Shown piece by piece: positions 17,487-26,151 of a stretch of 64,000 nucleotides of DNA (position 1 is its first letter; every line of letters starts with the position of its first letter). A program made the position numbers and the translations under genes. The notes beneath the pieces are model-generated. The model was not told the DNA's origin and searched no databases. It saw only the letters and a program-made list of their open reading frames with translations. The stretch is from a virus, in IMG/VR virus record IMGVR_UViG_3300027906_000009, positions 1-64,000 of that record, one strand, 5' to 3'.

Positions 17487-19307
17487 TTAAGAGGATCGAC
17501 CGGACTCACCAAGGAGACCACGTACAACAACAAGGCCATACATATCTGGTCGCACCATCTTCTTGGCGTAACGGGTCATGACACCCTTACGTGGCACGAA
17601 GTCTTCCGTACCAAAGATGGTTGGTGTTACCTGCAACGGTACATATGGGGCGTATACGAAGCCGCTCTCAAGGAACGAACTACCCTTACGGCCCACAAGA
17701 AGTACGTTGCGCAAGAAATAAGGATCAACGTAAACGTCGAACTTCTTGCTCAAGCTACCAGACTTAATAGCACCGATGGTGCCACGGTCCTGGTCAGCAG
17801 TTACGCTTGCGCGGAAGCCACTAGTGAACTCAAGGATGTTAGCAACCTCAGGGGAACAAACAACAAAGTTTGCGCCACCGCGGAGCGTCTTTCTATGGAT
17901 CTGAGCACTCACATCATTGATTGTTTCAATGAGTGTTTCATACCACTCGCTAACTGTACCGGTGAAGTCTGGGGCTGCCGATTGATGTCCAACTTCTGCT
18001 CCAGATGAGTCAACAAACAAGCCAGGTGAGCGGCTCCAGTAACGAGTTCCGGCAGTTGCGCCCTCAACAAGTTCGTGAAGAAGTTCACGATCAATTTCCA
18101 AGGCGATCTGCTCAGAAAGAATACCAGTAAGCTCGACTTCTGCATCGAGATTGTGATATGCATTAAGGTCCTGACCGAGTTCAGGAGACCACTTTGCCTT
18201 CAACTTCTTGGTTGTCGCTGTTACAGCAATCGAATCAACCTTGATATCAATTTCTGACATTTCAGTTGTATTTTCGGATCCGCCTTTTCCACCAGAAGCC
18301 TTCTGGGCTCCTCCGGCGCCTGAAATGCCTGCACCTGGCTCTTCAAGAACCATTGTACCTGCAAGTAAAGCACCTGGTGCGGCTGAACCAACATTATCGA
18401 TTTCATCTCGCTGCACGAAAGTAACGGCATCACCATCAAGCTCGTTTGATCGAAGAACACCACCATTCGCTGCGCCGTTTCCACTGAAGTCTTGACCCTC
18501 TAGTGCATACACCAAGCGAAGTTTACCACTAACAATTGAAGTCAACCTTCTAATTAAAGATGCATTGGCTTGGTTTGGATGTGCAAGTTCCAATGCCCCA
18601 AGTCGACCTCTGTCGATCTTCGCTGGTATATTAATATCTACAATTTGAACTCGGATATCAGCGCGCTGCAAGTCAGCATCGTAACGAATTGCTTTTTGCA
18701 AAACTTCTCTATCCTTGCCATCTACTACTGCAGACGGTATCACGGCGGCGGCTGTAGACATGTTTACAGTGTTAGTTCCAACCAAAGAAACCTGCGCGGT
18801 GCCGGCAACGGTGGCGGAGCCTGGTGCACTACTGTGCGAGTGTCCAACCTCATAGTGCCCGCCAGGACCAGATGCATCAGCACCTTCAAGGTCAACACCT
18901 TCCTGGATCTCCTTACCAAGTTTGTTACCACCATAAACCGACTCGGTTGCTCCGGCCCCAAGGCGCGCTTTGGTGTGGCTAAAATCAAGGAAGAAAATGA
19001 GACCGGACGGCAAGCTCATTGGCTGAACCGATACGAGATCATTTGCTATAAGTCCACCGAATACACGGCGAACGATAGGGAATGCAACTGCAGCGAAGCC
19101 TTCGACATCACCTGCAGCCATAGACGAGGCTTCTCGAAGAAGTTCCTTCGCCTGGTTTTCGAGAAGCACTGCCATTCCCTGCTTTGCTTGTCCGGCGCTA
19201 AGGCCTTCAAGCAAACCAGTGGCTTCCCACTTGTTTAAGAGAGCTTGTCCTTCAGCTTGCATATCGCGAGACTGAACGCCCTCTGTTAGTCTTTGTAAAA
19301 CAGACAT
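17487..19307 (-). CDS. Major capsid protein (T4 gp23-like)
   Basis: LLENQ, FPIVRRVF, LVSVQPMSLPSGLIFFLDF, KKLKAKWSPELGQDLNAYH, EIDRE, YAPYVPL, GVMTRYA. Confidence 0.97.
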   Translation of the reverse strand: MSVLQRLTEGVQSRDMQAEGQALLNKWEATGLLEGLSAGQAKQGMAVLLENQAKELLREASSMAAGDVEGFAAVAFPIVRRVFGGLIANDLVSVQPMSLPSGLIFFLDFSHTKARLGAGATESVYGGNKLGKEIQEGVDLEGADASGPGGHYEVGHSHSSAPGSATVAGTAQVSLVGTNTVNMSTAAAVIPSAVVDGKDREVLQKAIRYDADLQRADIRVQIVDINIPAKIDRGRLGALELAHPNQANASLIRRLTSIVSGKLRLVYALEGQDFSGNGAANGGVLRSNELDGDAVTFVQRDEIDNVGSAAPGALLAGTMVLEEPGAGISGAGGAQKASGGKGGSENTTEMSEIDIKVDSIAVTATTKKLKAKWSPELGQDLNAYHNLDAEVELTGILSEQIALEIDRELLHELVEGATAGTRYWSRSPGLFVDSSGAEVGHQSAAPDFTGTVSEWYETLIETINDVSAQIHRKTLRGGANFVVCSPEVANILEFTSGFRASVTADQDRGTIGAIKSGSLSKKFDVYVDPYFLRNVLLVGRKGSSFLESGFVYAPYVPLQVTPTIFGTEDFVPRKGVMTRYAKKMVRPDMYGLVVVRGLLGESGRSS

Positions 19308-19328
19308 AATAAAATCACCTCCTTTTCT

Positions 19329-20540
19329 TTAAGATTTTTGTGTCTTTATACCTGCTAACATCTGCATTCTATTGAATAAGGGGTTAGCATCCTTTTTTGG
19401 TTGCTCATTACGAGCCGCGACAAGTAGTGAAGATTTTCTAGATACCATTTCATTTAATGTTGTGTCCCGTTTCACGTCTGAAATAGTTCCAACAGTATCA
19501 CTCATTGTATCAAAAACAATCTTTGCTTCTTGTACTGTTTCGGCTTTGGAAATGGCTTCGACAATTTTTCTTTTTTGTCGCTCATTCAAGGAGGCATTTT
19601 CTAGAGCCTGGTTAATATACAGCAACTTTGCGTTTGAAACATTCATCGTTTCCAACTTTTCTTGCAATGTATTAAAAGCTGTTTCATATTTATTGTTATT
19701 AGTCTGCAGCTTCTTAGCCGCAGACGTTAAAGTCTTGTTTTCTTTTTGTAAAGCAGCAACATTTTTGCGAAGTTCTTCGTTTTCTTCCTTTACTTTGCTG
19801 TCCTGCTCTCTTGCCAATAACATGGCTTCATATTCTTTCATAATAGATTCTGGGGTTCCTGCCCAGCCTGATTTTTGTGGCTCGCCTTCGACGCGGACTC
19901 TCTCAAGAAGCTCGTCTAAGTCGACTTCTTCTTCACTAATTCCCATTTCGTCCAATATTTCTTGGACCATGTCTTGAGATACATCGATTCCTGCGCTGGG
20001 GCCTGCTGTGTCATCTACTGATAAATCTGATAAGTCGATCTCATCGTCAGTTGGTTCTTCGTTTGCAAATTTGTCCTCAATATCAATCCCTATTTCATCA
20101 TCGCTAAAGTCATCATCACCACCAAAGACGCCAATTTCATCTTCATCTTCGTAGTCTGCATCTAGGGAGTCTAATTTAATTGTTACAAGTTCGTCTTCAT
20201 CTGCAGAGAAACCATCTGGCAGGGTACCCATTAAAGAGTCTGGATCTAAGGGCTCCTGTTCTTCCTCGCCGATTTCTGGTGCTGGGTCTAATGCTGGTTC
20301 CTCTGTTGTGCCGAGGCCTTCAGTGTCACCTTCAAGGCCGGCGAAAGGGTCGTCTCCGAAATCATCTAAGCCGCCCAGATCACCCATTTCGTCATCTAAT
20401 TCTTGTTCATTCAATAGGCGCCCAACAGCGTTTTTTACTTCTTCGGAATACTTTTCGATTACAAGCTGCTCTGCGTTTTTTAGCGCGGCTTCTTTGAGCG
20501 CTTTGGCATCGATTATGGCCTTTTCTAGTAAGTTTGACAT
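19329..20540 (-). CDS. Prohead scaffolding/core protein (gp22-like)
   Basis: LLEKAIIDAKALKEAA, acidic middle, coiled coil, NAKLLY, C-terminal RMQMLAGI; immediately upstream of the capsid gene. Confidence 0.8.
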   Translation of the reverse strand: MSNLLEKAIIDAKALKEAALKNAEQLVIEKYSEEVKNAVGRLLNEQELDDEMGDLGGLDDFGDDPFAGLEGDTEGLGTTEEPALDPAPEIGEEEQEPLDPDSLMGTLPDGFSADEDELVTIKLDSLDADYEDEDEIGVFGGDDDFSDDEIGIDIEDKFANEEPTDDEIDLSDLSVDDTAGPSAGIDVSQDMVQEILDEMGISEEEVDLDELLERVRVEGEPQKSGWAGTPESIMKEYEAMLLAREQDSKVKEENEELRKNVAALQKENKTLTSAAKKLQTNNNKYETAFNTLQEKLETMNVSNAKLLYINQALENASLNERQKRKIVEAISKAETVQEAKIVFDTMSDTVGTISDVKRDTTLNEMVSRKSSLLVAARNEQPKKDANPLFNRMQMLAGIKTQKS

Positions 20541-20637
20541 TCTTTTGACTCCTAACAATTTAAACAGTTATGCACAAACAAATATATTTGTCTCTAAATA
20601 AATAGTATTTTATTCTTTTAAAGGGAAGGAAAAAATT

Positions 20638-21108
20638 TTATGATGTAGAGAAGGTAGAACAAGCTGCATAAACCTGTATTGATGCGGCGGCGGCGTCGTC
20701 GTTGTCAGTAAGGGTAAATTTTATCTTATCTATACCGCCAATCTCAACAAGGTGATGGCCGGCCGTGGCGAGTGCCGCCAAAGACGTGCCTGCTGTAGAT
20801 GAAAGTGGTATATCAGAATAAGCGTTTGGGTTTCCATCCGCGTCGTATGTTGCTGCAGCGTACATTTGACCAACAATAGCCAAACGGGCACCATTTGCGG
20901 GAGCCTGAACAACAACGTGAAGGAACCTCTGGTTTTCAGTTATGCAAGTGACTGTTGTAGTCGCGCCAATTTGGAGTGTCAGTGGGGCTCCGGCTGCATT
21001 GATACCTGCTCGATGCGGTGATAATATATTTTTAGGGGTCCTTGTCCTCCCCCAGCTATTATAACTTCTCTTTTCACCCGAGGATGGTACATTATTAAAT
21101 CCTGCCAT
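20638..21108 (-). CDS. Hypothetical virion-associated protein
   Basis: 156-aa ORF with GGAG RBS in the head module; SWGRTR-x-PKN N-terminal segment and beta-rich body. Confidence 0.6.
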   Translation of the reverse strand: MAGFNNVPSSGEKRSYNSWGRTRTPKNILSPHRAGINAAGAPLTLQIGATTTVTCITENQRFLHVVVQAPANGARLAIVGQMYAAATYDADGNPNAYSDIPLSSTAGTSLAALATAGHHLVEIGGIDKIKFTLTDNDDAAAASIQVYAACSTFSTS

Positions 21109-21119
21109 TTTAAAATCTC

Positions 21120-21356
21120 CTATTTAAGTTTATCAAATTTATCTTTATAGTCTTGTGTTGACTTTTGTGAAAGGCGGCGCTTTCTGGCTCTCTTTTCTTT
21201 CCGCTTGACAGATTTTTTCTTAAAAAACCGCCTTTCCTTCAATTCATCGAAGAGTCCAGACTTTTTACACTTTCTGGTAAACTTCTTTATCATTCTTTCT
21301 ACTTGTGATTGATCCCTAATCACTATTTCTACATGCACTGGCGTTCGCTTTCCCAT
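21120..21356 (-). CDS. rpsU: Phage-encoded ribosomal protein bS21
   Basis: V-x-I-x(5)-VERMIKKFTRKCKKSGLFDELKERRFFKKKSVKRKEK matches the bS21 pattern (E.AL+RFK+....G...E.+.R.Y.KPS.KR). Confidence 0.85.
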   Translation of the reverse strand: MGKRTPVHVEIVIRDQSQVERMIKKFTRKCKKSGLFDELKERRFFKKKSVKRKEKRARKRRLSQKSTQDYKDKFDKLK

Positions 21357-21366
21357 CTTTGTTCCT

Positions 21367-21777
21367 TTACTTCAACTTTTGCCATTTTTGGCCCGCAAGG
21401 CCAAACAAATTACTAATATCTACTCCTGCATCCCCAGGGGCTCTGCCTGCCATTGGCGAATGAGTGTTTGACTGGCCGGTATTTGGTAATGGTTCCGTTC
21501 CCTCAAACACTCCTTTCATCTTTTCTCCGCCTATCGCGCTTAACATCTTGTTTTTTGTTTCCAAGAGCTTCTTTTTTCTCTCTTTTTCGGCTGATCTCTT
21601 GTTTTCTCTTAAAAACTTCTCATCAGCTTTACTTGGCTGTGGTGATTCCAGTATTTGACCTTGTGCTTTCGTAATGCCGAAAGCAACTTCGGCTACTAAA
21701 TTTGAAAGAACCCCTTCTTCAAACAAAATTTCTTTTACACATTCTTTTATAATGCTTTTTAATTCAGATTTCTTCAT
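21367..21777 (-). CDS. Conserved head-module hypothetical protein with MKKSELKSIIKE leader
   Basis: Overlaps the protease stop (ATGA); FEGTEPL and D.GVDIS motifs. Confidence 0.7.
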   Translation of the reverse strand: MKKSELKSIIKECVKEILFEEGVLSNLVAEVAFGITKAQGQILESPQPSKADEKFLRENKRSAEKERKKKLLETKNKMLSAIGGEKMKGVFEGTEPLPNTGQSNTHSPMAGRAPGDAGVDISNLFGLAGQKWQKLK

Positions 21778-22379
21778 TTTTCACCAAACTTATACAAAAA
21801 ATTGTTTAAAGATCTTTGAATTTTATCTTCTTTAGTAAAAATGTTTGATCTTTCTTTGGCTTCGGTCATCATAAATGCACCTGGCGTGGATGGATCCGAA
21901 ACCATGTCAAAACATATTAACTGAAAGTCGTCCTCAACCATGGTTACTCCATTGTTCTCTGAAACCGAACCCATTCCTCTTGAGGATATTCCAAGTTTAA
22001 CTCCGGCCATTACTAATTCTTTTAACACTCTACCTGATGGTGTGTTGAGTACTTCTATTTTTCCCATACACTTTTTTTCTTCCATCCATATCTTGGTTAC
22101 CAGGTGAGAAGCATTAGCTAAATTTATAACACTTGTGTCTGGATGATCCAATTCCCCAAGGGCGCGTCGCTCGTCGACCATCTTCATATAATTTGAGACT
22201 TCTCTTTCTAAAATCTTATGAGGATATACACGGCCGTTGCCGTTTTGTGTTTCGGACATTTGCATGACTCCAGATAGTATAATGGCGCCTTCAGCTACGC
22301 GCCTTTTTTCATCTTCGGTTAAAAGGTCCTGACATATACCACCTTCACACAACTCATAATATTCTCTTAATAATTTCAT
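21774..22379 (-). CDS. Prohead core protease (T4 gp21-like)
   Basis: NGNGRVYP, ALGELDHP, NTPSG, GISSRGMGS, FDMVSDPSTPGA. Confidence 0.95.
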   Translation of the reverse strand: MKLLREYYELCEGGICQDLLTEDEKRRVAEGAIILSGVMQMSETQNGNGRVYPHKILEREVSNYMKMVDERRALGELDHPDTSVINLANASHLVTKIWMEEKKCMGKIEVLNTPSGRVLKELVMAGVKLGISSRGMGSVSENNGVTMVEDDFQLICFDMVSDPSTPGAFMMTEAKERSNIFTKEDKIQRSLNNFLYKFGEK

Positions 22380-22483
22380 TTCTTACCTCTATGAAGTGCG
22401 GGGGCCACCCGCACCGGTTGCTTGCCCGTACAACAACGACGTACTGGCTGTAGTTTCCATTTTTTTGTTTCTATAAATCCCAT
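22376..22483 (-). CDS. Small 35-aa ORF not in the ORF track (MGFIETKKWKLQPVRRCCTGKQPVRVAPALHRGKK)
   Basis: AGGAG RBS; starts 1 nt after the upstream stop; its TGA overlaps the protease ATG (ATGA). Confidence 0.55.
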   Translation of the reverse strand: MGFIETKKWKLQPVRRCCTGKQPVRVAPALHRGKK

Positions 22484-22484
22484 T

Positions 22485-22802
22485 TTACTCTCTCCTCTCA
22501 TCACAGATAGTATGGTTTACATTAATCCCATCATCACCCATTAGCATACTTCCTAAAAAGGACGCTGCAGAAGCAGCACAACCTAATAATAAAGCAGTGA
22601 TTAAAGAATCATCAAAATTAATTAGTTGAGTATAGTCGTTTATGGTCCATAAAAATAAGCCCACCCAAAAGCCGGCGCACATAGGACAGCTAAATAATTT
22701 ACCAAACCATCCTTTTGTGGGGCGAATGGGTTCAAATATTTTTCCATAAACTAAAATTTGCGTAAGACCATAAGAGATCAGGCAAAACCAAATAAAATTC
22801 AT
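22485..22802 (-). CDS. Small membrane protein, DUF1360-like (CxxC-xGFW)
   Basis: Hydrophobic segments and LFSCPMCAGFWVG motif. Confidence 0.65.
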   Translation of the reverse strand: MNFIWFCLISYGLTQILVYGKIFEPIRPTKGWFGKLFSCPMCAGFWVGLFLWTINDYTQLINFDDSLITALLLGCAASAASFLGSMLMGDDGINVNHTICDERRE

Positions 22803-23344
22803 TCGTCCTCGCTTTCATCTTCTCTAATGAGTGAATAATTATATTGAAAACCATAAGGGCGAATTCGCGAGTCCATGGACCCCTTCTTTGCGTCTTGTGG
22901 TACATCGCCCAACTCTGTAGAGTCTTCATCAGAGGGTTGCAGTAGAGCGTCAAGCCGGTCATCATCAAATTCCTTAGAAGATTTAAAGTAAGGCTTCTCC
23001 CCAGTTATATATTCATGCAAAACATACAGAAATACCTGACTTTGATCAATACCTGGTATTTTTGATTGTAGAACTTCTGCTTCTAGGGAACCAAAAACAT
23101 TACCGCCCTTAATCGAAGAATGGCTCACGATTCCTTTTTTTGCCAAAAAAGAAAACATTCTATCTTGGGCTGCGTAAACTTGATCATTCATAGCCTCTTT
23201 TGGGAAAGAAATACATTTGCTCTGTTCCGGCATAAAAACTATATCTATATCTTCGTGATCTAAAATTAGAATATTGCCGTCTAAAGTTCTTCTTGCTTTT
23301 AATTTAATTTTTGGATCAAATTCAATCTTTGCTTTAATTGCCAT
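22799..23344 (-). CDS. Conserved head-module hypothetical protein
   Basis: Translationally coupled ORF; RRTLDGNILILDHEDIDIV, DSTELG.VP...KGS. Confidence 0.7.
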   Translation of the reverse strand: MAIKAKIEFDPKIKLKARRTLDGNILILDHEDIDIVFMPEQSKCISFPKEAMNDQVYAAQDRMFSFLAKKGIVSHSSIKGGNVFGSLEAEVLQSKIPGIDQSQVFLYVLHEYITGEKPYFKSSKEFDDDRLDALLQPSDEDSTELGDVPQDAKKGSMDSRIRPYGFQYNYSLIREDESEDE

Positions 23345-24176
23345 TTTCTTCTATCTCATCTATTTCTTCTATCATCTGCTGAGCGCTCAGGATTATTTCA
23401 ACTACTTCAGTATCTATGTGCTTATCTTTTATATCTTCTAAGATATTATACACTTTTTCAAATCTTTCTTTAAGAGAATTATCATTCGCAATGCTAGTAG
23501 ATTTCTTATATTGATTAATTTTTGATTTTAATTCTCCAACTTCTTCATTTAAATAAATTTTTAACTCCAAACCATTATCGGCAAAAGATGATATATATTT
23601 ACTTAACAAAATCTTTTGATTTTCTGATAGTAAATTTGAATATTCTTCATTAAATTTATTGACAAAAGTCTTATAAGTCAAAGTATCAATTGGCTGCTGG
23701 ATCGTTTTACTTTGCATTTCAATTGAAGATGACATTTCGTTTACAATACTTTGTTCTAACAATACCCTGTCCTTTACTGGTAGGGCACTTTGAAAAATTG
23801 AGTACACAGACGCAATAGTTTTGTAATTTGGTACGAAATTACCATATACCTTTGTGGACAAGGTTCTATTGATCTTGCTGATCATGGCGCTCTGTTCTTG
23901 GAACAACCTCTTCTTGTCCAGGGAATCATACCTCTGTTTTACTTGAAAAACTATTTTTTCTGCTGTCGATTTTTCTATATCCTTAGTTTCATATATAGAT
24001 TTATAGAGTTCTAGTTCTTCTTTCAAAAGTGATGAACCTTCGAAACAATCCTTAATAATAGAAACAATCTTATTTTGTTTGTTTCTGTTATTTTTCACGA
24101 CAGATTCAGTAAGTTCTCTAACCAGCGCCTCATAAACAAACGCGGTATTTCTTTTTTTATTGTGTCTCAGTCTCAT
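23334..24176 (-). CDS. Conserved head-module protein (possible prohead core component)
   Basis: HNKKRNTAFVYEAL N-terminus, VPNYKTIASVY; directly downstream of the portal gene. Confidence 0.7.
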   Translation of the reverse strand: MRLRHNKKRNTAFVYEALVRELTESVVKNNRNKQNKIVSIIKDCFEGSSLLKEELELYKSIYETKDIEKSTAEKIVFQVKQRYDSLDKKRLFQEQSAMISKINRTLSTKVYGNFVPNYKTIASVYSIFQSALPVKDRVLLEQSIVNEMSSSIEMQSKTIQQPIDTLTYKTFVNKFNEEYSNLLSENQKILLSKYISSFADNGLELKIYLNEEVGELKSKINQYKKSTSIANDNSLKERFEKVYNILEDIKDKHIDTEVVEIILSAQQMIEEIDEIEENGN

Positions 24177-26148
24177 TCTTTTGTTTCCTCGCTTTTAAGC
24201 TCTCGAATAAAGCATCTAGTTCTTTTTGGTTTTTTAAGATCTTGTGCTCCTCTGCTTTATAATTAGTTTCTTTCTCTTCATAAATACTGGTACCTTTTGC
24301 AATCCCACTCAACTCACTATATCCAGGAAACATTTTTCTTGTGGTACCGGTCTCTGGAGTTGCTGCTCTATTAAGGTTCTTCTTTCTTGGTCCGGATGTT
24401 TTTCTCCTATCGCCTCCTGGTGTCAAGGTTCTAGGTTCATACCATCCATGAGACTTATCAGTTGTTGTTCTGCCTTTACTGTCCTCTCTTTTACCAGGAG
24501 GTGCAGCCAAGAGATCTCCCTCTTCGGGACCTGGTGAGTCTGCTGCCGTGTCTCCGGCATCAAGATCTGGCCCTGCTCCCAATTCAGGCTCAGGGCCTAC
24601 AACACCCGCGCCGCCGGGTTCGCCTAGGTCAAGGGCCCCGCCTGGGCCTGGGTCGGGGCCTGCGTTGAGGCCCGCGGTGAGAGCAGCCTGTTCCGCCTCG
24701 CCTGCAGTCTCAAGTGCTGCTTCATATTTTTTATCATAAAACATCTCTCTTCTGTTTCTAATAAATTCTTCATCTGACATTCCGAATAACTTCTTAGCCA
24801 ACCACTGTTTTGAAAAGAAGCCCTCTGTGGCGGCGCCAACAATATCAAATTTAGTCTTCCAATATTCAAGCTCTTGCATTTCAGAGATTTTTGAGGGGTT
24901 ATTCAAATGGCACCTGAAAGAAACAAGATCCTCGTCTCTATAGCCCAAAGTATAGAGATGAATCACGCCAATTTTTTCTATCTCAGAAATGAGAGACTTT
25001 TGCAACCTTTGTACTGTTCGTGCAAATCTTATATCCTTCTGTGCTAGGGTTGTCTTATCCTCTTCTGTTTTTTCCCCATCTGATGAAATATAGGCTGACG
25101 GTATCTTTAATGCAGAAAACAATTTGTCTCTTAAATATTTTACGTCTTCGATGTCTCCGGTAAATTTGCCTCCGGGGACGCTTTCAATTCTTGTAGAAGA
25201 TTGTCCTCTAACGGGTACAAAATAATCTTCTTCGATCGAAAGTGGATTATAACGGAGATCAACGCGTCCGGTTTCAGCATCAACTACTTGGTTCCTTTTC
25301 ATTGTGGTCATGACCTTTTGCATATACTGTTCTACATCTTGTGGGGGAATATTCCCCACGTCAATATAGAAGGCGCGGCGCTCGGGTGATCTAACAATTC
25401 TATAAGCCATCATCGCGTCTTCGAGTAAAGTGAGTTGTCTCCATATTCTCCTTGATGGTTCTAAAACGGAAGTTCCATAAGGGTTGTATTTATCCTGTCC
25501 CAATACTCTAAAATGTGCTATTTGCCAATTTTCAAATGTTAAGCCAGCAGAATTCCATTGGAATTGTACATAATTTGGATTTGTTTTGTCTTCCCCTTCT
25601 AATCTTTCAACTTCTCTTGTTGGAAGGCCAATAACTGAAGTTACGCCTAAATCGTTATCGATGTCAAGATACAAGAAGTAGTCTCCATATTTACACATTG
25701 TTCTACACCAGGAGAATAAATTATGCTCAATGTTCAAAACATCGCTATAAAGTGACTGCAATATGGCCCTGATCTCTTCGTTATCACATTCAACTGTCAT
25801 CATATGTGATAAGGCTGAATAGGTTGTCATTTCATCTGCATAGATGTCTAAAGCTGATGCTATCTCCGGCGTGTATTCCATTTGATCAAAATCCACATAT
25901 CTTTCAGTTCTCTGCTGAGAGGTCATATATCCTGCTTGTAGATTGTCATAAGGATTATAGGCGGTTTTCATAAAATCTCTGCCAGAGGCAGAAGTGAACT
26001 TTGAGGCAAACTTATCTAAGTCTATCCTTCTTAATCTGTGACTGTTCTGTGTTCTATATTGTGTTAGGGGACCGGAAAGTAATTTTGTTAATCTCCGGAA
26101 CAGTGTGCTTTGTGGATTTCTAGTGTTGTTGTTTGTTTTCTTTACCAT
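24157..26148 (-). CDS. Portal protein (T4 gp20-like)
   Basis: MEYTPEIASALDIYADE, PYGTSVLE, LLEDAMMAYRIVRSPERRAFYIDVGN, EEDYFVPVR, DVKYLRDKLFSALKIP. Confidence 0.95.
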   Translation of the reverse strand: MVKKTNNNTRNPQSTLFRRLTKLLSGPLTQYRTQNSHRLRRIDLDKFASKFTSASGRDFMKTAYNPYDNLQAGYMTSQQRTERYVDFDQMEYTPEIASALDIYADEMTTYSALSHMMTVECDNEEIRAILQSLYSDVLNIEHNLFSWCRTMCKYGDYFLYLDIDNDLGVTSVIGLPTREVERLEGEDKTNPNYVQFQWNSAGLTFENWQIAHFRVLGQDKYNPYGTSVLEPSRRIWRQLTLLEDAMMAYRIVRSPERRAFYIDVGNIPPQDVEQYMQKVMTTMKRNQVVDAETGRVDLRYNPLSIEEDYFVPVRGQSSTRIESVPGGKFTGDIEDVKYLRDKLFSALKIPSAYISSDGEKTEEDKTTLAQKDIRFARTVQRLQKSLISEIEKIGVIHLYTLGYRDEDLVSFRCHLNNPSKISEMQELEYWKTKFDIVGAATEGFFSKQWLAKKLFGMSDEEFIRNRREMFYDKKYEAALETAGEAEQAALTAGLNAGPDPGPGGALDLGEPGGAGVVGPEPELGAGPDLDAGDTAADSPGPEEGDLLAAPPGKREDSKGRTTTDKSHGWYEPRTLTPGGDRRKTSGPRKKNLNRAATPETGTTRKMFPGYSELSGIAKGTSIYEEKETNYKAEEHKILKNQKELDALFESLKARKQKNETETQ

Positions 26149-26151
26149 TTT

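Noticed and set aside
22396-22435. Hairpin after Cys-Cys codons considered as a SECIS element
   Set aside because: There is no in-frame TGA upstream of the hairpin; the codons are TGT TGT
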